Source of the DNA: Geosiphon pyriformis uo1
Lineage: Eukaryota; Fungi; Glomeromycota
Assembly (NCBI GenBank): GCA_016748015.1
Contig: JAAOMT010000570.1
Coordinates: 748,043 to 812,042, forward strand
Direction of reading: 5' to 3'
Length of the DNA: 64,000 bases
Notes under the pieces: model-generated
The model's database searches: none
What the model was told of the DNA's origin: nothing
Seen by the model: the letters and a program-made list of their open reading frames with translations, nothing else
Program-made: the position numbers and the translations under genes
Part shown: positions 12,397-28,178 of the stretch, one piece after another
How positions within the stretch are numbered: the first letter of the stretch is position 1
How the letters are laid out: the number at the start of each line of letters is the position of its first letter

Positions 12397-13393
12397 TCAA
12401 GCCTTGTGACCCGTCGCTCTTCTCTTCTTGAGATCAGCCTTACGTTCTTTTTGTTCTTTTACTCGTTTACCAAGGAGTATGGCATATTCTGCAGCTGCAG
12501 CTTTAGAGGCGGCAGATCTTTTCTTTTTAAGAGAAAGGCGATGCCGCTTACGTTGCAAAGTAAGTGGGGTAACTAGGCGTTGAATTTTAGGAGCTTTTGT
12601 ATACGGTTTTTTACCCTCTTTCTTAGGTTGGACCTCACGGCGAACAACAAATTTGCGGACATCGTCATCCTTGGTTAAGTTCTGTAAATTTCAAGGATAT
12701 TAAAACAGTTATCCCGGGAAATCACAAAAAATCGCCTTTCTCTTGAATCTACCTACAAAGAATTTACGAATTCTGGATGCCCTCTTGGGACCTAGCCTTT
12801 TTGGGACGGTAACATCCGTCAACCCAGGAATATCACTTTCTCCCTGCTTGACCACTACCAAAGATAGAACAGACAAATCACTGCCCACGATGCAACCACG
12901 AACTGATTTGCGTTTTCGTTCACCAGCTCTACGAGGCCGATAGCAAGAATGCCCTTCAGACAATAAAAGCCTGACACGATCATTCCTCAAAACACCCTGT
13001 TTCATTGGGAATCCTTGTTTATCGTTGCCACCAGATATACGAAATACATATCCCTTGAATTCTTCTCCTAATGAATCTCCGGGGACCTCAGCGCTAATAC
13101 GTTTATCATAGAAAATCCGCCTAATAAATTGTTCAATGAATTTGAGTATTAAAAGGCATGAATTTTTTAGACCAAAAAAGGCTCTCACAGATTTTAAAAA
13201 TAAAGTTCACATTTTTCTTTCATCGTCAAAATCTATTAACTTTTGACAGCCGGTGGCCGGATTGGCAATATTTAGCTGAGTTCCAAATAGTAAATAAAGA
13301 GGCAAAAATTTTACGTTAGAAGGCAAAAAGTCTATTCTTCCTAATTAATAGTTATTTAACATGGTGAGCTCAAAGATGTAAAATTACCTTCAT
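12397..13393 (-). CDS. RPS6: 40S ribosomal protein S6 (eS6)
   Basis: MK|[13 protein letters not shown]...; [53 protein letters not shown]; [11 protein letters not shown]; stop TGA at 12397-12399. Confidence 0.97.
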
Positions 13394-13887
13394 TTTACAA
13401 AAATCTTGCCTCCTGAAGAGAAAAAATTTGGTTGCAAACTTTTTTTTTTTACTTTATGTAAGGATGTGACGTCAATGATCATGAAGGAGCAGTTAATAAA
13501 TTGCCACTGCGGCAGTAATCTTATTAAGAACATGAACCTTAAATACTAACCCAGACCCTTTCTATTTTCCTCACTATACAAAAAAATTAAAGTTACCTGC
13601 AAACCAATTATAAACATCACCACCTGATTCCCATTTAAGCATCTTAAAATTCTGGTATCTTTTAAATAGACGGTTATAGACCTTCAATTAAACCTTCCAT
13701 ATATCAAATCAAATCAAATCAATCGCCCTTAAGCCCAACAAATTGATATTTACAAATAGCAATATTCTAAAAAATTCCGTGGTGTATAAATTAACCGATA
13801 TAATTATCGCTACCTTATATTTAAAACTAATGAAAGAATTTGTTCTCTGAAAACTGGTAGTCTGAAAAGTAGTTATTTAGGAATGGT

Positions 13888-14475
13888 TTATTTGCTTAAA
13901 TCGCTAATACCTCGCCATAAGTGTACAACATGATCATAGAATGAACAACTTGCTATTAAAGGTTTTCCGCGGTCAATATGATCTTGAGAATATGACCAAT
14001 CAACGCCATAAACGATTGATTGATGTTCCATGAAACTGCAAATTCTCGTTAAAGATAAGGGGCCATCTTTGAATCTATCATTATGAGCGTTAATATTCAG
14101 TAAATGGGCTCCGTTGTACATGCATCCGGCTAGTAAAAGATGTGGTTGAGTCGGGTGCCATTTAAGTCGCCATACACCACCACCAACCTGATGGTCGGCT
14201 AAAGGTTGTTTCATAAAGCGTGTATCCCATATGAGGATGTGTTCGTCATAACTATGGGATAAGATTTTTAGAGGTAAATAGTCTAGAAATTTGAATAAAT
14301 GATCTATCTTTAGGATACCTTCCAGTAGCCATTAAATGTTCTGTATGCGGATTGGTCTGAATGCTACAAACACCTGCTTCATGTCTTGAAGAAATATACA
14401 ATTTATCATTAAAGAAGGGGGGATCAATTTTAAAATAATAACAAAAACAACAGCAACAACAACAACAACAACAAC

Positions 14476-14508
<33 letters not shown>

Positions 14509-15760
14509 GTTATTCTTTGATTACCTTCCACTATTGAATATTGGAGATGAAGGCTCCATTCTTAGGTCCCATCCTTTCAATCGAGAATCATCCCCACCTT
14601 TTAAATAGAGAAGAAATTAAATATATATTTTTTCCTGAGATAGTAAAGAAAAAACTATATTACCAGTGTATAATACGTTAGTATTCCAATGATTGAATGC
14701 ACCGATCCATGCCTCGAATTCGTGCGCAATCCATTGATGTGAAGCATTAATTCCGAAATTGGCATCTACTGAAAGCACTATAATGCTACCATCACTTTGG
14801 GTCCCTAAAATCCTGGTGCTTTGACTAAAGTATTTATGAGATATGTTTAGAAATCAAAAATTAATATTAGAAATTTCAATAATTTTTTCTCTTCTCACCA
14901 TGACAATTTATTCGACCAATCAATCGAAAGACAAAGTTTTTCTTCATTTGTTTGAAAATCCGTGAGTAAATTTAATTTTTCCTATGATTATCAAAGGAAC
15001 CCGAGAAGAATTAATAATCCAAGATTAATCAAAAATTTTTAATCGATATGAATATATATATATATATATATATATTAAAGATTAATTAACACATTGTCAT
15101 TCAATTGGAAAATATTTATAGCTCCAGATGCATCAGCCATCGCAAGGATTTTCAGATCATTAATCTTTTGATGTGACCTTTGAGTTTAGAAATTGATCTG
15201 ACATAAATGAGGCGAAATTATATTGAAGGCAACGAAAAATTTTAAAAGACAATATCAACCATTTAGTATCTAATATCGCGGCTGTTTCAATTCTTTGGCA
15301 TTCTTTTCTTTTTCAAATAACTCAAAAGATTAGTATTCATTCATTTTTTTTTAATTAAGACTTCTTTATTTTACTCACATTATAAACTTTTCTTGATTAG
15401 TCTTCTCCAATTTGTATAACAACAACCTGCCTAATCTTTTTTTAGGCAAATCTTGAATTGAAGATAAATCATTTGGTTCATCCTTGGGTTCATTTTCTAG
15501 TTGATCTTTAATTTTCTCGTTTAATTGACCATTATTTGTAAGCACACCAAGTTTCTTATCATCATTAGATTCTACTAGTTGATAAGTTCCACATACGAAA
15601 TATTGTGTGTTTGATTCGAATGGAAGGAATTCGATCGAATCAGCACTATATTCTGTGTCGATAGATCCAAGGGAGGATGCTAATGAAAAAATTTAAATTG
15701 TCACAAGAGAATTTTAAATATTGTTCAGCTGATGAACGCCGTCAGCTTACAAATGATCAT
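13888..15760 (-). CDS. DPH7: Diphthine methylesterase DPH7/RRT2/WDR85 (WD40), multi-exon
   Basis: N-terminal IDTEYSADSIEF...CGTYQL; AHEFEAWIGAFNHWN; VGGGVWRLKWHP, AGCMYNG, EHQSIVYGVDWS, SCSFYDH. Start ATG inferred in a 10-nt first coding exon. Confidence 0.85.
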
Positions 15761-16100
15761 ACTGGAATTTTTTTGAGCGTCCATTCTTTTGTTTCACTTT
15801 CCTCCCAGTGATGGGTAAATAATTTTTTACTATGGCGATAGTGTAATATCAAAAAACAATGGATATCGATGATTTCATTATCAAATTCTTATTTCAATTC
15901 CTATGATGTACAAATTTGCTGATTAATCCTTTTGCGCTCATCATTGCATGCGCATGTATATATATTCTTTTCCTTGAGGAAATATCGCTTTCCTAACCAA
16001 AAGGCCCTGATCTTTACCTTCCTTAAAATTTACTTCTCACTAAGAATAAAATTGAAAACCTTTCGCTGCTAAACTCCAAAAAAAATAATTTTTAAAAATC

Positions 16101-18244
<2,144 letters not shown>

Positions 18245-18901
18245 TTGAATATGTGCCATATTTAAATTGTATATTACATAATTATGTATAATTTTTTATT
18301 TTATAAAATTTATAGACGTTTTGAACGGAATTTCACTTTCACACACAAATCACTGTTTTGCCCTCCACCCACTTTCTAAATTCGATTATATCGATATATA
18401 AAATCCGAAAGCATGCCAATTTTTTAGATTTACAATTAAAAGAACAAATATTTTTCTAGTAAAAAATGTGTTGAAATATGATTAAATTTTATAATTAGGT
18501 ATTGTATTTTTAATTAATAACAAATTCTAATTTATATCATTAGAAAATTTAATAATTTAATTTAAACTAAGCATTCAATTTATTTAAACTATTTTTTATA
18601 TACATTTAAACCATTTTTTTGTTATAATTTACCCAATATATTCGATTTTGAAATTTAAATATAAATTTAAGCATTGTTTACATATTTTATTTTTAAATTA
18701 TAAATTTATAATGTTTTTTCTCAAAAATATTGGTTAAATATAGCTTTTTTATAATTTTTAACCAATTTATAAATAAAAATGTGCTTTATTTTTATTTATA
18801 ATTAAAAGTAAGAGTTATACAGTTTTTAAAATTAATAATATAGTTGTTTAATTAAACATGCTTTATTTTTTAATTGTTTAAATTAAATTAATATTAAAAT
18901 A

Positions 18902-19005
<104 letters not shown>

Positions 19006-19867
19006 TTGTTATTATTTTATTAATTTAATAAGTATTATCTAATTATTATTTTTATATTTTAAAAAATATATATATTTGGTAAAAAATTATTAAATATTAA
19101 AATTTAAATAATTTAGTTTTTTCAAATTATTTATTATATTTAAAGTTTTTTACAAATTATTTTATTATTATGTTTTATTTTATTATTTTTTAAATTTAAG
19201 TTATAAAAATTGTCTTTAATTAATAAAATTTATAAATTAAATTTATTGGTTTTATAATGATTTTAATAAAATAAATTTATTATAAAAATAAAAAATCAAT
19301 TTTTTTTTAAAAACCCAAATTTAAATTTTTTAATATTATTACAATAAATATGTATATATATATATATATATAATTTATAATTTTTATTAAAAATATAAGT
19401 AAATTTTTTTATTTAATAATTTTTGTAATTTAATACTTAATAAAATTTTTAATAATATATTTTTTTGTATAAAAATAAAGATTTATTAAATTATTATTAT
19501 TTGTTTGTATATTTTATAATTATAAATTAATTATATATTTATAAATATAAATTTTATTTTGTAAAACTGGTTAAAACTTTTTAAAAAATTGTTTAAAATC
19601 AAAAATTGCTTTGGTATTTTTTAGTAATATATATATATATATAAGTTAATTAATATTACTGTTTTTTTTTGGTTTTATTGTTTTTAATTTAATATAAAAA
19701 AAAATTATTAAAATTAATAATTTAATAATTTTTTGAAAATATTTAATATATATAATTTATGATATTTATAAATTTTTTTGTTATATTTATTAAAAACTAA
19801 TTTTAATATTAATATTAATTATTTTTTTTAGTATTATAAATATTGTTTTTTAATATATTTAGTAATA

Positions 19868-19901
<34 letters not shown>

Positions 19902-20366
19902 TTATATATAAATACATTATTTTTAAAAAAATAATTATATAAAATATTTATTATTTTTAATAATATTAAAATTGTTTTTTCTAAATTAAATTAAACTTAT
20001 TTATAATTTAATAATTAATTATAAAAACAGAATTTAATTAATTAAGTTTAAATTTAAGATTTAATATAATTTAGTAAATAGTAATAATTCTGTATTTTTT
20101 TGATTTGTAATTTGTTATCAATTTTTGTTTATTAATATGATTTATATGTTTGGTGTTAATAAGATATATTTGGTGTTTTTTTAAAACATATAAATTTCGT
20201 TTTTTTTTTTTTAATTTAAATAGTAATATTTTAGTTAATATAAGTATATAATGTGGTTTTAATTGGTCTAAATAATTAGCTACATATAAATAATATATGA
20301 GTTGTATTTAGTTTAAAATATTTGGTTGTTGTATTATATTAGATAAAAATCAAGATTTATTTATTA

Positions 20367-20414
<48 letters not shown>

Positions 20415-20652
20415 TACAAAATATTTTAAAAAATTAATAAATATTAAAAACAATTAATTATAATATATTTTAAAAATTAAGTTTATAATATTTTATGAAT
20501 AAATATTTTACAATTTTGTAACATTTATAAATATATTTTTTTTATCAAGCTGTATATTTTTTATGATTATTTTAATAATAACGTTTTCAGACATAAAAAA
20601 ATTTAAAAGGTCTATTAGTTACCACATTAAATTTTATTGAAAATGATTCGTG

Positions 20653-21522
20653 TCATTGTCGCCCTCGACGTGGGTCTTGAAAGATTGTTGTTGATATGTA
20701 ATTAATGTTTAAATTTTGGCAATTATTCATATTTTTCCCGAAATATGGACCATAACGAAAATTATCAGGTTTTCCAGCATATAATATTTTAGTTGGATAA
20801 CTGAATTCATGGGTACGAGCATTACATTCCTGAAAAAAGGTTAAAACATTAAATAGAGAGAATAAAAAGATAATTTTTTTTTTGAAAATATGGGAAAATT
20901 TCAATTCATACCGGATGTTCTTTGACTGAATGAGTATTGAAACATTTATAGACAATTGGGTAGGTATCTAGGGGACATTCACAATTTAACTGTTCTTCAA
21001 GATTTACATTTCTTTTATGGTCAATCCAATATTCAGGTGTAAAGTGAGTAAATGGTTCGATTACTCGAATGCGGTTGCTGTTTGGCCTCATTTCTGTATC
21101 TGTCCATTTTGAAAATCTTTTGACTGATCTTATTGGTAGACTAGGTACCCAATCGTCTGCAAGTGTGACGCGAAAAATCTTTTTTTATCCCGAGAATTTA
21201 GCAGAATTTTTTTTCGAATCAAATCCAAACGATATTTTAATTAGAAAAAATTTTTATTTACCTCAAGTTTGGATTGAACGAAAACAGAGAAAACCTCATT
21301 TCCCATTCTAGGCTGACCAAAAGTAACGAGAATTGGTTTTCTTTTCGGTTGATAGATTTCTACGAAATCCAGAGCAGCAAAGACTGCATATGCTAATTGA
21401 AGAAATAATAGCAATAACAATAATAATAATAATAATAATTTTAGTGTGAAAATGAAATACCTTATTTTTTGGGCTTTTTGATTACTTTTAATAATAATAA
21501 TAATAATAATAATAATGATAAA

Positions 21523-21602
<80 letters not shown>

Positions 21603-21628
21603 TAAAAATAAAAATAATAATAATAATG

Positions 21629-21700
<72 letters not shown>

Positions 21701-22293
21701 GAAACTTACGACTACTTTCACCAAAACCGGTAAATTCAAAATCGGAAACATGATGTTGCATCGTGGGTGTTTTTATCAGGTATGATTCGAGACCATGGAA
21801 AAAATTTGTTTTAGTGTATAAATTCCAATTATTGTAATACCCAAACGCAACCCAGGCACCGGGTACTTTTGGGTATTGAACGAAATTAAATTTTACAGAC
21901 GATGAAGCGAAAACTTTAAAAGATTTATAAATGGCATTTGCAAAACTAAACGTAATTTTGAAAGGTTCATTTGTTAAAAAGGAAGCTGAGATGTGACTTT
22001 TGGCTGATTCAAAATTTTGTTGTTAAAGATGAATGAGGATCAGTAAAGTATAAAAATTTAAATTAAAAAAAGATTTTGTTTTTCCGTTACCTTGTTTCCA
22101 AGATAATAGACTTCTTAAATAACAATGTGCTAACCAGGCTTGATTTGCTTTTAGAGCAAGTAATTCTAAAAGAGTTGTATTCTGAACTAAACTTTTTACA
22201 AACGTAATACCAAGAGAATTCCTTTTTGGTAAAAAATTTGTTTTAGAAATGAGAAAATTTGGTATTGAACTATTTTTAATTAAAGGGATTTGA

Positions 22294-22350
<57 letters not shown>

Positions 22351-22550
22351 TAGTGATAGTGATAGTGATAGAGATAATGATAAAGATAATGCAAATTTGG
22401 TTTATTTTGAATTAAAAGATTATGTAAAGCATTTTGATCTGATCCAAAAAATATGAAAAGAATGATAGTTATGATAGTCATGATGATAAATATTTTAGGA
22501 GATAATTGTTTTATTTTCCAGAAAAAAAATTCCCCCATTTTTCTATACAT
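20653..22550 (-). CDS. Lipase class 3-fold protein with N-terminal TM/signal anchor and His-Ser repeat, lacking catalytic Ser and His; 5 exons
   Basis: The spliced frame is open: ...YPKVPGAWVAFGYY...FEFTGFGESS|PYAVFAALD...LVTFGQPRMGNE...|IFRVTLADDWVPSLP...THFTPEYWI...|ECNA...FRYGPYFG. Confidence 0.8.
21489..21698. repeat. (AAT)n microsatellite in a lipase intron
   Basis: Directly visible; source of the poly-N/L/Y/I pseudo-ORFs. Confidence 0.95.
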
Positions 22551-22881
22551 TAAAATTTAAAAAATATATATATATATATATATATTTTTCGTAGTTTGAA
22601 TTGATAAGTACCTTTTTCAAGATTATATATATATACATATATTTTTTATTTCTCACGTATAAATTAGTATTACAAATTTTCCGATCTTTTCATAATAATA
22701 TTTTGAATATCATGAATTAAAACTTTTTCCAAATTTTTTTTAAGGTTATCTTTCTGAAGAAATTTTCATGTTGTTCCTCATTTCAATAGAACTACTTTTT
22801 TTTTAATCAATATTTATTCCGAAAGGATTAAAAAGATTTTTCAAAAGAGTAAAAAATGTGTTTAGTTTAAGAAAATCTTGA

Positions 22882-22915
<34 letters not shown>

Positions 22916-22960
22916 TTTGTTTCAAAACTGACGTTTTTCAAATTTTTTTTAAAAAAAAAA

Positions 22961-24450
22961 ATGGTTTACCTTGTTAAATTTATATGGTCAAAAAAATTAT
23001 TTTTTATATTTTCATTAATTTTTCTATTGATTAGTATAATTTCTTATTTTCTATTTAAAAATGATTTCATTATTAACAGTATTAAAGATGATCTAAATCA
23101 AAAAATAAATCCCTTTTTTAATATATCTCCTACTGATAAAGTGGATATAATTGAAAGAAATTATAAAGATATAATTTTTATAAAAGAAATTGTCAAAGAT
23201 GAAAATGTTTTAAATGAACTATATTATAGTGCAACTTTTGCATGGGAAGCGTCTTGTCAACAAGTCTTTCAAACTGATAAAGTAAATTTCTTATATGGTT
23301 TTGAATCGACAAAAGTTTGGGGTTAGTAAGTAAAAAGTATTACTTTATAATTTTATAAAAATGAAATTATTTTTTTTATTAAACTTATATTTTATATTAT
23401 TTTTAAAACACACATACTATATATATTATATATATAGTAATAATATCAAATACTACAATTTCTTTTGGTGCCATCGAGTTTAAATTTGAAAAAATTGCGA
23501 ATCTTCTTGGATTTAAAGCTTGGGATTTAATACCTTACCCTTATGCAGAATTTGCATATGTCTCCAAAAAATTTTATCAATGGTGGAAAAAATTTGAATC
23601 TGGTTTTTCGAAAAAATTAAAAGATTTTGAAAGAAAAAATGAAAATGATTTGAAAAAGAATCATTATACATTTACAGGATTCGGTAATGGAGCTGGTAAG
23701 TAAATAAATAAATAAATTAATAAATAAATAAATTATATTTTTTAATTAAAAATAATAATAATAATATATGTATATATATATATATTATTATATATAATTT
23801 AAATTAATGAATTTTTCTTTCGAATTTTTCTAGTCACTGCAACATTTTCTGCACTTGAATATAAAATGAATCATATGGAATCATCAATAACTCTTATTAC
23901 ATTTGGTCAACCACGTATTGGTGATGAACTATTTGTTATTTTTACGCAAAGGATATTGGATAAAGTTTGGAGGGTCACTTATCAGGATGATTGGGTACCT
24001 AATTTTCCAATTGAAGGCTTTATTCGTAAAAAAGGTATTTCTCGTCATCCTAAAGTTTTATATAGACACTTTCAAAAAGAATTTTGGATAGAAACTCAAT
24101 GTAATTGTTCAAATGATGAGATTTATTTATGTTATCATACCAATACTTTACATGAACATGAGGTATTTTTTTTTGAATTATTTTTTTGAATTTTTTTTTT
24201 GAATTTTTTTTGAATTTCTTAAAATTTATTTATCTAATTTTAAATAAATAAATAAATATATATATATTTGTATATTTATATTTTTTAGGATTGTAATGCA
24301 AGGAAACATTTGCATAAATTAATTTATCCAGGAAATACATGGGAAAAAGCAATAGATTCATACAAAGAATCTCACATTCTTGAGGAACATTTTGGTCCTT
24401 ATTTTGGACATACAATGTTCAAAAATTGCCCTCAATCTCAATCTTTTTAA
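22961..24450 (+). CDS. Lipase class 3-fold protein with N-terminal TM anchor, lacking catalytic Ser; 4 exons
   Basis: The spliced frame is open: hydrophobic N-terminus; ...YTFTGFGNGA|VTATFSALEY...ITFGQPRIGDE...WRVTYQDDWVPNFP...YRHFQKEFWI...|DCNA...EEHFGPYFGHTMFKNC. Confidence 0.8.
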
Positions 24451-24574
24451 GCGTATAGTTTTTTCAAAAATTAGATATTTGGGGGTTTTTTTTTTTTTAC
24501 AACTTTTTTAACTTGAATTCAATAATAAAAATTAAAAAATTAAATGATTATTATTAATATTATACGAAAAATTT

Positions 24575-24834
24575 TTAAATTTCAATTTTTTTATCATTAA
24601 TATCCTCCTCGTTATTGTAAACATCCTCATTATCCTCAATAACATCATACAAAATTCGAATTTTTAATGAACAATTCTCACATCCAACTATCTCTGCTCC
24701 CTTTTCAAGATCTTCCTCGGAAATTGAATATCGTCCTCCACAGCGACACTCAATAGTGTAAACACTTGTTTCTGATAAAAATTTATTAATTTTAATGAAA
24801 AATCATTAGGATAAATGTAAAAAATTTTTTTTTA

Positions 24835-24893
<59 letters not shown>

Positions 24894-25389
24894 TACCTTC
24901 ATCATAAGTCATTTCATCCAAATCTAGTTCCGCATTCACGATTCCCTGAGCACTCCCTTTCTTCAACTGTGCCGCTGTGTGATTATATATTTCAGTTCCA
25001 AATTTCAGTTCCCAATTAATTGATCTTTTTGATAAATTCACAAAGAGAAATATTTATACCTTTGATTTTCCCATCGTATCCTTTTCGTGAATCAGGATCT
25101 CGAAGTGTTTTCCATGCCTCTAAAATTTCCTGTATCGATGTTTGATGTTCGACCCTTTCCTTTGAACCTTTTTTACTAACAACTTGTTTATCAGGATGAG
25201 TCTATTACGATGGAAAAAACAATCTCGTGAATTTCCCTCACTCAGATAATAATAATAATAATAAATGGCTAATCTATCCTATCACCATGGATACTCTACA
25301 AGAACAACTAATCTTTGATATGCCTCTTTGATTTCAATGTTGCTTGCAGAAGGCAATACACCAAGGGTGTCGTAATGTGTCTTTTCCAT
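24575..25389 (-). CDS. DPH4: Diphthamide biosynthesis protein 4 (J domain + CSL zinc finger; DPH4/JJJ3/DNAJC24)
   Basis: MEKTHYDTLGV...EIKEAYQRL..|THPDK (J-domain HPD)...AWKTLRDPDSRKGYD; ELDLDEM; ECRCGGRY...GCENCSLKIRI. Confidence 0.9.
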
Positions 25390-25535
25390 CGTGGATTGAA
25401 CTTTCTTTCCGATTAAATCAATGAGTCAAAGTTTGAAAGTTATTTATTTGTACTCCAAGTTAATCCCTAAAAGTTCAAACTTAAAAAGCATGTTGGTCCA
25501 CACCTCCAGTATTAACTCGTAATCGAAATTAGTGT

Positions 25536-25555
25536 TCAGGAATAAATCCCGATTT
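25536..25555. promoter_or_regulatory. Candidate quasi-palindromic cis element TCAGGAWTAAATCCCGATTT (copy 2)
   Basis: 19/20 identical to 9489-9508; about 150 bp upstream of the DPH4 ATG. Confidence 0.35.
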
Positions 25556-25725
25556 CAAATTTTTCCGATTTACTCTCATGACGAATTAATGTAGGGAGCT
25601 TATGATTTGTTATACTTTAACAATAATTGGCTTTAAAATTTTCTGGATCCATTATCAAAGATTGTATTCTGATATGTTGCATCCCAAGAATATTTATGAA
25701 TTTAATGTTCTTGTAAATTAGCTTT

Positions 25726-28178
25726 TTATTTTACACGGCTTTTACCCCTTCGCTTCATGCTCTTTTTTTCCTTGGAACCTAGAGCGGATATGGATCCCTG
25801 AGCATTCGATGACGATGACGCTTGAATATTGCCGGGATCTGCTAGCAACGTTGAAGAAGATGAAGCTGCAGCTGGGTCATTAATATACCTGGATTTTGTT
25901 TCCCTCCTATTCCTTTCTTTCATTCGACAGTAAAGCTTTTCTTTTTGTCTACATACTCGAATTATTAAATCCCGGGCAGCTGTCATCTTCCGAAGGAACT
26001 GTCGACTATAATCAAGCTGTTCCTAGAAAGATCATATGATTTTTTAAACTAACAGAATTTCGAAATAATCATTTCCACTCAATTTATTTACCAATAATTT
26101 TTCTCGTATATCTTTTAGCGTCTCCAACCCATCGTCTTTTGCTTCCAGAGCTCTTTTCCCTTTGATACTTTCGTTTCCTTGAAGTCCCATGTTTAGAACT
26201 CCAAATCCACTACCACCTTCCGACTTTTCCGTTTTTGAAACTCGCGTGGTGACAGTTTCAGGTAACGGATTAATCCTAAAATCCAATTCTTGGTACATGG
26301 GATCGTCACCTTGAAGAATGGTGTATAGCCTGTTCAGAACTTTATTGAAGCTATGCTCATCTTCAATCATTTGTGAAAATGCTGCTGAAAGCTTGCTGAG
26401 CCTTTGATCTTTTAGAACACGTTTGAGCGCGGGCCTTTTGACTATATCCTCGGGGCTTTGGAGAGGACCAAGAATATCTGCGATTATAAAATTAAAATTC
26501 AATTTAAAATTAAATCTATGATTGAAATATTTTAATTAATCAATTCATAATATTATCGTATGGATTTGTCAGATTTGAAAGGATCAACATATTTTTAAAG
26601 TTCTGATTGTTGAGCTTGAATTTTTTATTCATCATGTACCATATCAAATAAAGGTAAATATCCAATAATGGCTATAATTATTTAATCATAATTTTAATAT
26701 CGTAGAAAATTTCTTGCCTTTAATTATAACTTCTTTATAGGGGTTATCTTCTTCGTCGCCACTAAATTCCAGCATCTTATCGACATCTTTAGGTATTCGG
26801 TAAATAATATGTCGTCTTTGGCCACTAGGCCCGATAACATGTTCCAAATCTTCATGATATCCATAAGGAGCTCGTAATTTGGGATTACCACTTAATGCTT
26901 CTGCACGTCGCTTGAGTTTATTTCCACGATTATGTGGAGTGAATCCAATTTCTTGTTCTTTTAAGCTGCCATCATCGTCATCAGATAATTCTTTTTTAAT
27001 TCGCATGAATTCTATTGATCAAAACATGAATACCTTAAATTGAATTTTTTTTTGCAGATTTACAAAAATCAAAAAATACCTGTAGTCGTTTCCAAATGTT
27101 CTTCCTCCTCTTCATAGTCAACTTCTGGATAGTGAGCTAGAAGATTCGAGCTTGGGGCATCACTCGGTTCAGATTTGATATATCTCATTGGTTCTTCGTA
27201 TTTTTCATCATTTCCTCGTTGTGAGGCTGCCCATTCCAGAACCTTGGCGGCTGAAACAGCAGCTGAAGATGAAGGTGATGATAGGAGTTGTGTTGTTACC
27301 AGTGAATGTGTTTGTCGTTGTGGGGTTGATGGGCGAGAGGATTGGGTGAGATTTGTTCCTGGTGCTAAAGTACGTGATGAATGCTGACTATTTTGAATGT
27401 TTAATGCCGAATGAGTTGCATGAAAAATTTGAGATGAAGATTGGCCAACTGGAGACATTGAAGGACGCTGCGGAGATAAAGGGGGATTTGAATTAACTGA
27501 GCCATGGGAATTTGACTGACTTTGTGTCGATTGACTGGTAAGTTGTGATGGTTGGGAATTAGATATACGGCTAGACGATGTGATTATGGGCTGTGGGCGA
27601 GATGCAAAGGAGCCAAATTGTGGAGGACGTTGAGATTGGGTAGGGGTCACGGTTCCAGAACCATTTACTATAGTTGGAGTAGTCCTATTATCAGATTGAT
27701 AAGTTTGTGGAATTGGCCCAGAAGCTTGAGCAAGTATTGGACGCACTTGAGTAGGTGATCTTTGTCCATTGATTTGTGAGCCTGCTCCTGTCTGTGGTAA
27801 AATGCGAATCTGTTGAATCACTTGCGGCTGACCTTGAGTGGGAGATTGTGCAAGAGAAATAGGTTGAGGTGTTTGTTGTAAAGGTGACTGTCTGGATAAT
27901 TGTAATTGATGTGTTGAAAGGTTGTTTTGTCGTTGTACAGTAGCGTGTTGAGGCACAGGAAGTCGTACACCATTTTGTAAAATAGGAACGGTAGGCCTTC
28001 CCACTTGTGTTTGCGTAGGTACACGGGACGACAAGGAAGAAGGGTGAGATGCCAATTGAACTTGTGAAGAAGATAACGTCCCCTGCTGTGTTTGTGGAGC
28101 AGGCTGTATAGGTACCGGTTGAGTTGGAGGAGGGGGTGGAGGGGTTGGTGCCGGTATCTGTAAAGGTTGATCTTGCAT
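25726..28178 (-). CDS. RXT2-like Rpd3L histone deacetylase complex subunit with a long Q/P/S-rich N-terminal region
   Basis: RXT2_N-like motifs HNRGNKLKRRA and DNPYKEVIIK|DILGPLQSPEDIVKRPAL, with a coiled C-terminus; 4 exons, one with a probable GC donor. Confidence 0.7.

Noticed and set aside
13467-13474. TGACGTCA (CRE/ATF-like site) upstream of RPS6
   Set aside because: A single 8-mer; plausible but not supportable without conservation data.
14253-14318. DPH7 intron with a GTATCCTA donor as a second U12 intron
   Set aside because: The donor is only a partial match and there is no convincing CCTTRAC branch site; it could be a degenerate or converted minor intron, but this is unsupported.
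21462-21761. Poly-Leu, -Asn, -Tyr and -Ile ORFs
   Set aside because: Intronic (AAT)n repeat; only the first ~17 codons of the minus-strand ORF are real lipase exon.
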